Shown here in pieces: positions 1-9,177 of a stretch of DNA of 64,000 nucleotides. Below the pieces are notes generated by a model that was not told the DNA's origin, searched no databases, and saw nothing but the letters and a program-made list of their open reading frames with translations. The stretch lies in NCBI GenBank assembly GCA_048939625.1, contig JBHLPH010000001.1:64001-128000 (forward strand), read 5' to 3'. Both the position numbers and the translations under genes were made by a program. Numbering within the stretch: position 1 is the first letter of the stretch; every line of letters begins with the position of its first letter. The stretch is from Promethearchaeota archaeon (GTDB lineage: Archaea > Asgardarchaeota > Hermodarchaeia > Hermodarchaeales > Hermodarchaeaceae).

Positions 1-115
1 TGTTACTCGGGCTACAGGAGAGAATCTTGGCGAAAAAATCCGATGTTTAAATATGTATGAGCTGGTTTTTTGCTTAGATAGACTAGAGGAGAAGTATCAG
101 TTTTGTTCAGAAAAA

Positions 116-532
116 TTAAGTGAGTGGGATGATACGGATGGTATCTTCCCTTTTCTCTAGAAAGCCTTCAGCATGGAGGGTTTTAATTGCCTCTTGCACT
201 TCTTTTGGAATGAGCCCAGCTTCAATTGAACGTCGAAATACCTCTTGGACGGGTAACCATTTTGGAGTATCTAAGTAATGGGAGCGAAGAAGCTGGAGAA
301 TTTGCTTTGTTGGACGAAGATCTGTTCCCTGGGGTATTATTCCTTGAAAGACGTATTGTTTTTGTTGAATCTGCTTTTTTGCTTCTTTGGCACTAATGAC
401 TAAAGTTCCGTGTAATTCGTGAAGCGCGATTTTTACTTTACATCGCGGGCAGAAGTTACTGGGTACTATATCTGGGATGTAGGCGTATTCTAAACAATGG
501 GGGCATTGGATTACTTTGTACTGTTTGGACAT
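116..532 (-). CDS. Zn-ribbon (DUF1922-like) plus C-terminal winged-helix protein
   Basis: CPHC...CPRC near the N-terminus; C-terminal wHTH-like segment (VQEAIKTLHAEGFLEK). Start moved to MSKQY (532) to avoid overlapping the upstream gene. Confidence 0.7.
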   Translation of the reverse strand: MSKQYKVIQCPHCLEYAYIPDIVPSNFCPRCKVKIALHELHGTLVISAKEAKKQIQQKQYVFQGIIPQGTDLRPTKQILQLLRSHYLDTPKWLPVQEVFRRSIEAGLIPKEVQEAIKTLHAEGFLEKREDTIRIIPLT

Positions 533-533
533 T

Positions 534-3500
534 TTAATCATCATCCAGTGAATCAGTGGAGCTCGTTTCACCGGGTTGATTAGTAAGAAATTGGAGTAAT
601 TCATGAGATGACTCAAGTATGGTTTTCTGAGAAGGACGAATGCGGCTTAAGAAGTCATTAAGCCGCTTCTGCTGACGTATGAATAAGAAAGCACCTATTA
701 TTACTCCGAATATCATTACGATGAGGGACCAAATGAGAAGGGAAGTATCAACGCCTCCGATACGGTTCAGGGGATTTCGAACTAATAAGGGGGTTGTCGC
801 CTGACAAGGAACAAATCCACGTTGTCCTTCGAAGCGAACCGTGATAGTGTAGATTCCAGGTTGGGGTGTCATTATTGTTAGTTGACCGATGCCCATGGAA
901 TCTGTTTTGATTATAAAAGTGTCGAGGAGGGTGGTATCTTGACTAAGTAATTGCACGGTTAGATTGGCTACAAGACCTAAAGAAAGAGTTTCGTTAGTAT
1001 AAGACAATTGAACTTCTATTTGGAGAGTTGGCTGCAAAAGAATATCTTCTATCTCTAGGGGGGTAACTGTGAGTTTGAGTGTTGGTAGTATAACTCCTTG
1101 TAATGTTATGAGTAATGTTGCCTGGCTTTCATGATAGATATCCGGAGCGTCCAGTTGCCCGAAGAGGACAATGATTAGATGCTCACCGGTGATTTCAGTA
1201 TACTGTGTTGTGAGTGTGATTTCACCATAACCGTTAGAGATGGTGACATGCTGTCGCAATACTCCATCCCAGTAAAGAGCGGCAGTGCCATTGGGAGTGA
1301 GAGACATACCTGTGGTGATAGTGAGTTCGATGAAGATAGTGTCGCCGGCATAGACAGATGTTGAGTTGCTTGAGACGGAAAGGGAGGTGGTATCCCGAAG
1401 GAGAACTTGGAGTGATGAGGATACCCAGGAGTCATGTGTACTGGTTTCAGTGATCATAAGGTGTAAGTCCCGGTATCCGAGAGAACCACCTGCGATCCAT
1501 TGGCAATTAGCTTCACCCCACATATCGGTTGAAGCTGTTACTAAGAGGACTTCACCTTCGTAGAGACCCACTAGTAGATTGGGTAGGAGAGATCCATTGA
1601 GAGCATCTGAGACCTTGATTTGAAAATTGGTTTGGTTGCCGATGAAAAATGTGGAGGAGGGTAATATGTTGATAGTACATGCAAGGGGACGACGACTAAC
1701 TTGAATCATTGTGGTTGTCTGAGAGGCATTATACATTTCGCACTCAGCAAATTTTACACTAATTTGCCATTGTCCTACTTTGTCAGGTGTCCAGGAGCCC
1801 AGTGCAAGACCGGTTTGATTTGTGGTTAAGCTGTCAGAATGATAGGGAATGGAATCACCTGGCCGAGTAAAGTTAAAAGTGACCCTAAAGCCTGTGAGCT
1901 TCGTGCCACTTTCATTATTGAGACTAATTTCTATGGCCACAGGATCAAACAGAACTGGAGTTTCTGGCAGGATATTCTCTACGAGTAATGTGGTATCAAA
2001 CACTATTACCATAATTTGAGTTGTCTTAGTGTGGAAATTACAGTAAGGTACACTGGCATTGACGTGGAGAATGTGGCTGGTAGGTTCAAGATTTTGTGTT
2101 GGAATGGATACGTGATACTGGCTCGAACCGGCATAGCTTGCAGTATAGGTTACTGATGTTGTTAATAATGTCAGTACAACTTCTCCATTTGCAATGGGGT
2201 ATTGGGGCAAACTCGCGCCTGCGAGTCCAACATTGATCGTGACATTGAGCGGAATGCTTCGGGGAACCAAGGTTCCAGGCACAAAGGTAGTATTGAGGGA
2301 AAGAACACCCCATCCTGTACAGAAACTTGATGTAATCGAATAAGCAGGAATTGAGCCGGGGGAAAAGGCGAGAAGTGTGAGGTTCTGAGGACCTAGGGCG
2401 TTTAGATTGACTGGAATGAGCTCTTGAAGCATGAATGAGCCAGGAGGATTAATCCCACAAGAACTGAGAAAGGTGGTGTTGAAGAGGAGGGTTTGGATTT
2501 GAATTTTTTCCGGCAGTTGTCCCCATCTTGTTTCGATTACTGTTGCTGATAGAGCGAAAGGGTCACCAAGAGCAACAGTGCCAAGAGGAGACGAGATTTG
2601 CGTGAGATGTAGGATTGGGCTAACATCCAGATAAGAGAGAAGATTCATGCGTTGAACTAGTTCGAGCCCTAAGCTGATCAGGTATGGGATCCATTTGCCT
2701 TTAGGAAGAAGTGGTTCTGTGACTAATCCTTCATAGGAAAAGGCGGCGAGAAGCCGGTTATGAATGATTGACCAATCAGGACCTTGGAAGGCATTAGGAT
2801 TGAGTCCCATTTCAACCAGGAAATACAAGATTTCGGTGGCATAATAGACGCTAATCAAAGATGCATTCCCGTGGATGTACTGCTTAGCGAACATCGCTAG
2901 TTTATCTCCATTGAGACCCGAAAGGGAAGGATTCAGATAGGCATAAGCGCGTAGCCCAAGCCAGGTTTCAGCGAGATACTCATCAGCAGCTCGCCATTGA
3001 GCAGGCAGAAAAATCGGATGGGCTAGGTCTTGGAAATATTGATGAGTTGCATTATCTTGTAAGCAGCTGGTTAGGTAGGCAAGTATTGCTGATGCATTAT
3101 TCAGGTCTGTGGGTAGTCCACCTAGCCCTTGATGGGCTAATAAATTCCAGCAGGTTGTATCGAAACGGAAAGTTAGATCACTTTCGTGACCAACATAGAG
3201 ATGATGAATTCCCAACATTCCTGTATATTCTGAAGCTGTTGTTTGGCAGGCTTCGATTTCTTGTCGAATATGAAAGGCTCGTGTTGTCCAAGGTTCATAA
3301 TTTAGCCCTAGTTTTGCCATCAATTGGCTATACCCATAGTGATAGAGCGGTCCGAAGGTACCCGTTTCCAAGACGATACGATCAGGCGTTGGACTATCCG
3401 TGTCGATTCCTATAGAAGATGGAAGTTGATGGGCTACAAAAGAGCTGCGACTTGTGGACCAACAATTATCCAGATAGCTCAGAAAGGCTGAAAGGTTCAA

Positions 3501-5459
3501 AAAGTTCAACCCGTCAACCTGCCATAAAATTAGGATTATATCAACGCTTGATAAAAAATCACCAAAAATAACCGGTTCAGTTGCCCCACCCCAGCCCGTT
3601 AAACAATGAGTTAGATATTCGAGTAGAGTAGGTTCAGTAGTGCCTAATCCGCCAGTCAAGGCTAGCGCTTGGGCACCGTACCAAGTTTCATCGGGTGAAT
3701 TGTGAAAATCATGAAGCAAATCACCCCGTCCCCATCCTCCGTTAGGAAATTGATTTGTTAGAATATAGGTGCGACTAGCACTCGAATTGTATATGGGTAA
3801 TTTACCAAGAATAGAAAGGATTTGGAGAGCACAAGAAGTGCCAAGTATCCACTCATCTGAGTCCATGGAATATTTTGTATCGAAGACACTGCTTCCTATT
3901 GGTTCCTCACAGTTAGCAAGGAAAAGAAGAAGCGCCGTTTGATTGATGGCATCTAGTGCTTCAAGTTGAACAAGAGCCTTGAGTGCATGCAGAGTGTCAA
4001 TCAGGCTTGCGCTGAAGCTACCACTCGCTGAGGAATAGAAGCCACCGTATTCAGAATCTAGGGGATTAAGCTCTTGACAGGCAACCACAAAGTCGAGTGC
4101 AGCCTGAACATCAATGGCACTAAGTTGGTCAAGAGCTGATAGGCTTTCTAGCGCAAAACTGGTCGCGGCTAGGGTGGTCTGTTGTGCGTCGATTTCAGTG
4201 AAGAAGCCTCCTGAAATAGCATCTTGACATGAAGCTAGATACGCGCTGATTTGGGTCTGGTTAAATTGGTCAAGGATATTCAAATCCTTAGCCATGAGAA
4301 CACCCATGGCTGTGGTCATGCAACGATCGTTGAGCTGTGAACTTGCTAAATCTTCAAAGAAACCGAGAAGAGGATTATAACAGGTATTTAGCCATGATGC
4401 AAAACTGGAGATGTTCACAGCTAAATCAAAGGATTCAACCAAGTTGGTCACATAATACGAGAAGCGAAGCGATGGCTCAAGCGGATACCCAAACCCACCA
4501 GCACCTTGGATCTTCCAGTATCCTTCGGTTACATTCGAGGGTAATTGCCAATTGGAAAGCGTGTTTCCGAGCCGTTGTTGAAGGGTTGGACGGATTAACC
4601 AGTGTATGAGATTTTCACAAAACTGCTTGCCATGAATATTCAGGTTTTCTACTTGATTGATTCCCCAATAGTAAATGAAGGGAGTATTAACGAGTTTGCG
4701 GAACCAAAGGAGCTGAACACCAGACCCATCAAAGTTTGTTCCTAAAATTTCCGCTTTATCAGGTAATGCTGTTTTACGATAGGCATCGTAATGGACTAGT
4801 TGTGAATAGAGCCCATACCGTCCACTGCTTAGTGGAATGTTATGGGGAAGAGAGAAAATCTGAGAGCTATTAAGGGGTGACCAAAGATATCGTTCAACAG
4901 AGGGAATGAAGTGGGTCACTGGATTAAAACCATAAAGGCGATCTAGCACTTCATGACCATATCCGAGAAGTAAAAGTGGTTGGGAATAATTACTAAGAAT
5001 TTCCGCTGCATTCTGGCTAACGCCGAATGATGCATCACTTGTCCCTACACTCGGTGTAACGATGATTAGATCATTTCCTGAGGTATAGGTTAGGTTATTA
5101 ATGTGCGAGATAGTGGTATTGAAGCCTAGGTTTTGAAAGAAAGTGACCCAAACCTCTACTGGTTCCTGATGGGATTCATTTACATAATCACCATAGATAA
5201 GCATGAGATTACCGAAAGTGAGGAGGGATTGTGCGTTCTCCGGTGCTGGTAGTTCTCTGAAGGGTATTGCTGAATAAGGAGAATATGAAGAAGAGGTTGT
5301 AAGGGGTTGTTGGTATGCTTGAATTTCGTTGGGAGGTGATAATGCCCCCAATCTAGTCTCTGCTTCTTCGAAGAGAGTTAGAGGGTGACCACTAAGAAGA
5401 GGAAGAAGAAAAAGACAAAGGAAAATAATATGACGCAAACAGTATTTGTAACGGGACAT
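534..5459 (-). CDS. Large membrane-anchored surface protein with prenyltransferase/squalene-cyclase (alpha/alpha toroid) repeats and Ig-like domains
   Basis: Signal peptide; about 9 or more repeats of the type YLASCQDAISGGF / FVVACQ..GGFY / YILTNQFPNGGWG; beta-rich Ig-like C-half (TTNQTGLA, TDMWGEA, TDSMGIG); C-terminal TM helix and acidic tail. Confidence 0.8.
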   Translation of the reverse strand: MSRYKYCLRHIIFLCLFLLPLLSGHPLTLFEEAETRLGALSPPNEIQAYQQPLTTSSSYSPYSAIPFRELPAPENAQSLLTFGNLMLIYGDYVNESHQEPVEVWVTFFQNLGFNTTISHINNLTYTSGNDLIIVTPSVGTSDASFGVSQNAAEILSNYSQPLLLLGYGHEVLDRLYGFNPVTHFIPSVERYLWSPLNSSQIFSLPHNIPLSSGRYGLYSQLVHYDAYRKTALPDKAEILGTNFDGSGVQLLWFRKLVNTPFIYYWGINQVENLNIHGKQFCENLIHWLIRPTLQQRLGNTLSNWQLPSNVTEGYWKIQGAGGFGYPLEPSLRFSYYVTNLVESFDLAVNISSFASWLNTCYNPLLGFFEDLASSQLNDRCMTTAMGVLMAKDLNILDQFNQTQISAYLASCQDAISGGFFTEIDAQQTTLAATSFALESLSALDQLSAIDVQAALDFVVACQELNPLDSEYGGFYSSASGSFSASLIDTLHALKALVQLEALDAINQTALLLFLANCEEPIGSSVFDTKYSMDSDEWILGTSCALQILSILGKLPIYNSSASRTYILTNQFPNGGWGRGDLLHDFHNSPDETWYGAQALALTGGLGTTEPTLLEYLTHCLTGWGGATEPVIFGDFLSSVDIILILWQVDGLNFLNLSAFLSYLDNCWSTSRSSFVAHQLPSSIGIDTDSPTPDRIVLETGTFGPLYHYGYSQLMAKLGLNYEPWTTRAFHIRQEIEACQTTASEYTGMLGIHHLYVGHESDLTFRFDTTCWNLLAHQGLGGLPTDLNNASAILAYLTSCLQDNATHQYFQDLAHPIFLPAQWRAADEYLAETWLGLRAYAYLNPSLSGLNGDKLAMFAKQYIHGNASLISVYYATEILYFLVEMGLNPNAFQGPDWSIIHNRLLAAFSYEGLVTEPLLPKGKWIPYLISLGLELVQRMNLLSYLDVSPILHLTQISSPLGTVALGDPFALSATVIETRWGQLPEKIQIQTLLFNTTFLSSCGINPPGSFMLQELIPVNLNALGPQNLTLLAFSPGSIPAYSITSSFCTGWGVLSLNTTFVPGTLVPRSIPLNVTINVGLAGASLPQYPIANGEVVLTLLTTSVTYTASYAGSSQYHVSIPTQNLEPTSHILHVNASVPYCNFHTKTTQIMVIVFDTTLLVENILPETPVLFDPVAIEISLNNESGTKLTGFRVTFNFTRPGDSIPYHSDSLTTNQTGLALGSWTPDKVGQWQISVKFAECEMYNASQTTTMIQVSRRPLACTINILPSSTFFIGNQTNFQIKVSDALNGSLLPNLLVGLYEGEVLLVTASTDMWGEANCQWIAGGSLGYRDLHLMITETSTHDSWVSSSLQVLLRDTTSLSVSSNSTSVYAGDTIFIELTITTGMSLTPNGTAALYWDGVLRQHVTISNGYGEITLTTQYTEITGEHLIIVLFGQLDAPDIYHESQATLLITLQGVILPTLKLTVTPLEIEDILLQPTLQIEVQLSYTNETLSLGLVANLTVQLLSQDTTLLDTFIIKTDSMGIGQLTIMTPQPGIYTITVRFEGQRGFVPCQATTPLLVRNPLNRIGGVDTSLLIWSLIVMIFGVIIGAFLFIRQQKRLNDFLSRIRPSQKTILESSHELLQFLTNQPGETSSTDSLDDD

Positions 5460-5524
5460 AAGTTGTAAGCTCTTGTGAATGGTTGGCGCAGCGGGGTTTT
5501 TGGTTCGTTTTTAAGCATTTTGGC

Positions 5525-6355
5525 TCATTGGGTGGAAATTGGGTGTTTTCTATGTGTTGGAAGGAGATGTTGGATTAGATAATAGAGGAGAAGCGTTACT
5601 AATGTGGCTCCAAGAAAGGCTATGATAAATGATTGATAGTTTATCCAATAATGAAAGAGAATATGGATTTGAGGAAAGGCGGGATATGACGAGGAGAGCG
5701 CTAAATAGACTTCATGAACCGGTTGGGAGTTTTCGACTAGGATTGATGTAGCACTGATAAGAATACCAGTATGAAATTCGTAGTAATAGATTTCATACTG
5801 TGGTTGGTTTGAGAAATAGGTGAGTTGCCAGCACAAACAAGGGGCTTCTTTGACATAGAGTGAAACCAAGTCGGTTACCGTAAAGGGTGCTATGCGAAGA
5901 AAATTATTAGTTGCAGGAGCATCGCCGTCAATGCGAATCTGATCGCCTAACTGAGGCCCAGGAAGGATCCACCAAGCAGTGTAAAGGGTGAGACCTGCAA
6001 ACACGTAGCTGCGATTCCAACTGTAGGTGTAGGAGGCGTAATTCGTAGTCCAAGTGGTTCCTTCATCCCATGTAAGGTTCCAAGTTAATGAACCGAGGTA
6101 GTAATGATCATCCGTTGAATTCAGAACAAGTTCTACAATACCCCGATAGGAGTTTGAGAGATTGCCATAACAGGATTTAACCACGAGATGATAATTTCGT
6201 ATTTGATTCTGGCTCATTTGTTTATTGTTTGTTTCTATGGAATCCGAAACTGCAATGGGAAGGAGTGTACTAATTAATACCAATAAAGAGATGAAAAGGA
6301 TTGAAAGCAGTTGGGATTTCCTTTTAGGTCGGAGCCTTTTCATTTCACTAAGCAT
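5525..6355 (-). CDS. Hypothetical exported protein with N- and C-terminal hydrophobic helices
   Basis: 276-aa ORF with a signal-like N-terminus, aromatic beta-rich core and C-terminal TM; in the same operon-like run as its neighbours. Confidence 0.7.
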   Translation of the reverse strand: MLSEMKRLRPKRKSQLLSILFISLLVLISTLLPIAVSDSIETNNKQMSQNQIRNYHLVVKSCYGNLSNSYRGIVELVLNSTDDHYYLGSLTWNLTWDEGTTWTTNYASYTYSWNRSYVFAGLTLYTAWWILPGPQLGDQIRIDGDAPATNNFLRIAPFTVTDLVSLYVKEAPCLCWQLTYFSNQPQYEIYYYEFHTGILISATSILVENSQPVHEVYLALSSSYPAFPQIHILFHYWINYQSFIIAFLGATLVTLLLYYLIQHLLPTHRKHPISTQ

Positions 6356-6412
6356 GATGTATCACGTGAGAACACTGCCAATGTTCAGGGTGTGGTGGAT
6401 TTTTGTTGTTTT

Positions 6413-7081
6413 TTAGGAATTTCGGTGTGGTTTGAGAAGCTGCCATAATATCAGGGCTAAAACACTACTACCGATAATTAAAGCACCAAGAAGGATGATT
6501 GAAAACGTTGCGCCGGTTAGTGAGTTATATATCAGGTATAAGCAGCCGGCGATAAGAGGAAGGGAAAGTAGCAGTAGTTCCAGAAATGTTTGACTAGGTC
6601 GATTCTTTGCAACAGAGATGACAAGTTGGACATCTGCTTTACTAGGTGATAGACCAATAAAGAAACAGAAGGCGAAATAGATAACCAGCCCTTGATGCAT
6701 AGGGAGGACATGCCAGGAGGAAATTAACAGATACAAACCAAACGCGAGTATGAAAAAGGGAGCAAAAGCCACAAGAATACTGCTTGTAAAAGTCTGAATC
6801 TTATCTACATCAACGATGACACCCCCTACAACTCCTTCGTGTTTTCCAAGAAATATACGATGTTCGAGAATAGGAATACCGGTTAGGCGGCAGAGAAGAT
6901 CATGACAAATTTCATGAAGCACAATACCGGGAAATGCGAGGTAGCGGATAAGGGTCCCAAGACGACAGCTTAGAATATCGATGAATTTCATCAGAGCCAA
7001 GCTAGCGGTGAGAAAAAGGGGAATATAGACCATTGCTTCAAATAACATTGCCAAGACAAAGAGATCAAAAGTTGCTTGCAT
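6413..7081 (-). CDS. Membrane zincin metalloprotease (M50-like/DUF3267-type)
   Basis: PGIVLHEICH (HExxH), downstream AP and PSKAD motifs, multiple TM helices. Confidence 0.75.
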   Translation of the reverse strand: MQATFDLFVLAMLFEAMVYIPLFLTASLALMKFIDILSCRLGTLIRYLAFPGIVLHEICHDLLCRLTGIPILEHRIFLGKHEGVVGGVIVDVDKIQTFTSSILVAFAPFFILAFGLYLLISSWHVLPMHQGLVIYFAFCFFIGLSPSKADVQLVISVAKNRPSQTFLELLLLSLPLIAGCLYLIYNSLTGATFSIILLGALIIGSSVLALILWQLLKPHRNS

Positions 7082-7090
7082 CTTCTCACC

Positions 7091-8026
7091 CTATTTATTG
7101 AAAACCTCCGATTTTTGCTTCCGACGTCGATGCGGTGGGAATATAGCCAATTCAGTATTTGCCTTATCAGGGGTAGACGTGGGTGAAGAAGAAGGCACGA
7201 GAGAAGGTAGTGTTTCAGACTGAATTTCATCCTGGTGATTTTGGAGAGTTGAGGTTTCAAGGGGTTGAGCAGCTTGGACGGGAATCATATTTTTAATTCG
7301 AAAATGCTCGAATAATTTCGTTGCTCGATGAAGGAGAATAATGGGTCCCACAATTCCCAGAGTCAGTGTTATTAAAGCGATTGGAAAAAGGCCAAGACTA
7401 GCTAGGATTCCAGAAAGCCCGAGAAATAGTGGGAACATAATCAAGGAAAGACCAAGCTTTTGATAGGATTTCTTAAGCTCCTGAACATTTGGGCTTTGGG
7501 TGTCTGAGGAAAAAGTTCGTTGGGGAAGATTTTGGGTTAGAAATTCGTCAAGATTGTTGGTATGCATCACTTGGGCTGGATAGGCTGTAACATGGTCTCT
7601 AATGGATGATAGAAAGTCATCGGTTTGATAGAGGATTAGTGGAACCATTTGGCAATAAAGAGGTTGTGTTGTGCTGTATGTGAGGACATGGGCCTTTTTA
7701 CCAAGAAAGCTGATGGCATGGCTTTGAAAGTTGGAATTTAAGTGGTGTGGACTATCAGGAAGTTGACTTTGGAGATGTTTTAACGTTTGTATAAGAAGAG
7801 TAACCTCTCTTCTAAGCGCTATACCAGTTTCTTTGACTAACCGAAAGACAAGGATATCGCAGCAAACAGCACCATGATTTTGATATGTTCGAACAGCAAT
7901 GTAGGAGCCATTTCCTCTTGTCGGCAAGACTACGAACTCGTGCTGACAGAGAGTATTCACAAGCAGTTCAGAATCATGGTTAACTTGGTTCGCTTCAACT
8001 TGGGTCATAACGGTTGCGCGCGGCAT
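7091..8026 (-). CDS. Hypothetical membrane protein (2 TM)
   Basis: 311-aa ORF with two adjacent hydrophobic helices and an S/P-rich tail. Confidence 0.65.
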   Translation of the reverse strand: MPRATVMTQVEANQVNHDSELLVNTLCQHEFVVLPTRGNGSYIAVRTYQNHGAVCCDILVFRLVKETGIALRREVTLLIQTLKHLQSQLPDSPHHLNSNFQSHAISFLGKKAHVLTYSTTQPLYCQMVPLILYQTDDFLSSIRDHVTAYPAQVMHTNNLDEFLTQNLPQRTFSSDTQSPNVQELKKSYQKLGLSLIMFPLFLGLSGILASLGLFPIALITLTLGIVGPIILLHRATKLFEHFRIKNMIPVQAAQPLETSTLQNHQDEIQSETLPSLVPSSSPTSTPDKANTELAIFPPHRRRKQKSEVFNK

Positions 8027-8206
8027 TTGAAGAATTTTTAAGGATTTCTATTAGTAGCACCATTCGGAAAAACTACAGGTGTAGCACTTCATCAAGTTGC
8101 TAAAAACAAAGCCGCTTCCTTTTAAGAACGTAATTTTCACTGACCGGTTATAGACTGCTTACAGATTGCTTACTGGCAGGTTCAGAAACTACAAATTTGC
8201 GAGTAT

Positions 8207-8234
8207 GTTCAGAAATATCTCGTGAAATCTGAAC
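8207..8234. promoter_or_regulatory. Palindromic site GTTCAG-N16-CTGAAC (copy 1)
   Basis: GTTCAGAAATATCTCGTGAAATCTGAAC in the divergent intergenic region; second copy with the same spacing at 8349. Confidence 0.45.
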
Positions 8235-8348
8235 AAGCTAGCCCTCCTTGTAATAACTGATCCAAAATTTTATGATAAAGACTACAGTTTTTAAAATTCG
8301 AAGATACTCGAAAAACGGCAATGCAAGCTCTGCTGATCGAAGAATTCC

Positions 8349-8376
8349 GTTCAGTAAAGATTCCGTAGAGCTGAAC
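8349..8376. promoter_or_regulatory. Palindromic site GTTCAG-N16-CTGAAC (copy 2)
   Basis: GTTCAGTAAAGATTCCGTAGAGCTGAAC. Confidence 0.45.
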
Positions 8377-8476
8377 ACAGAAACTCGATGATAGTTGTTT
8401 TCGAAAGACCCCGCCTATGTGGTGTGTGGTTTAAGTAGTCTTTATCCCTAGAATTGAGAATTCGGAGGTTAAAGGA

Positions 8477-8761
8477 ATGACAAAATCTCATTGGCTGATT
8501 TATTCCGTTTTGGGGCGAGTCGCAGTACAAGCCAGAGGGCCAGCATTGCCTTTAGCGAAGGGATTGTTAGAACTGATTTCCCAGTATATTGCATCAGGAA
8601 TGCCGGTGAAAATGGCTCTGCGCGAATCACTTCTATTAGCAATCCATTCAGCTCAAGTCAAAGCAAAGCATTGTGTTGGAAGTGAACGCTATGCCCTTGA
8701 TGATTTTATTAATTATTGTATGAACATAGAAGTAATGACTGAGCAACTTGTTAGGATATAG
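8477..8761 (+). CDS. Hypothetical protein
   Basis: 94-aa ORF preceded by GGAGGT SD; no recognised motif. Confidence 0.5.
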   Translation: MTKSHWLIYSVLGRVAVQARGPALPLAKGLLELISQYIASGMPVKMALRESLLLAIHSAQVKAKHCVGSERYALDDFINYCMNIEVMTEQLVRI

Positions 8762-8902
8762 TTGGTGCATGAAATATCATCATATTTTGAAATCGTTGAA
8801 TTATAGTTCCTTCAAATGCCTAGGAGCAGGGAAGAGAAGAAAACCTTTAATCACAGTGTGTCGGGTGAAGGCATCAGAGACCAGAAAGGAAGGTTACACT
8901 CA

Positions 8903-9142
8903 ATGTCAGTTTCAGTTTATATCTTGTGCAAAGTGTTTATGGGACACATCCAAAACGTTGTGGAATCTTTGCGGGGATTGAAGGAAGCGACCAGTATTAC
9001 GGTTACAACAGGAGAATATGATGTCGTTGCGCGCCTTAACTTACCCAACCTTGAAGCCTTGTATAATCTTACAGTCAATCATATTGGCAAAATCCAAGGC
9101 TTGGAAAGCGTCACTACAGCAGTTGTTGAAAAGGAATTCTAG
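8903..9142 (+). CDS. Stand-alone Lrp/AsnC ligand-binding (RAM) domain protein
   Basis: VYILCKV...TTGEYDVVARL...IGKIQGLESVTTAVV pattern; no HTH; start at MSVSV. Confidence 0.85.
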   Translation: MSVSVYILCKVFMGHIQNVVESLRGLKEATSITVTTGEYDVVARLNLPNLEALYNLTVNHIGKIQGLESVTTAVVEKEF

Positions 9143-9177
9143 AGAAAGGTTGAGATAGAGAAGCGGGGGGAACGAGC

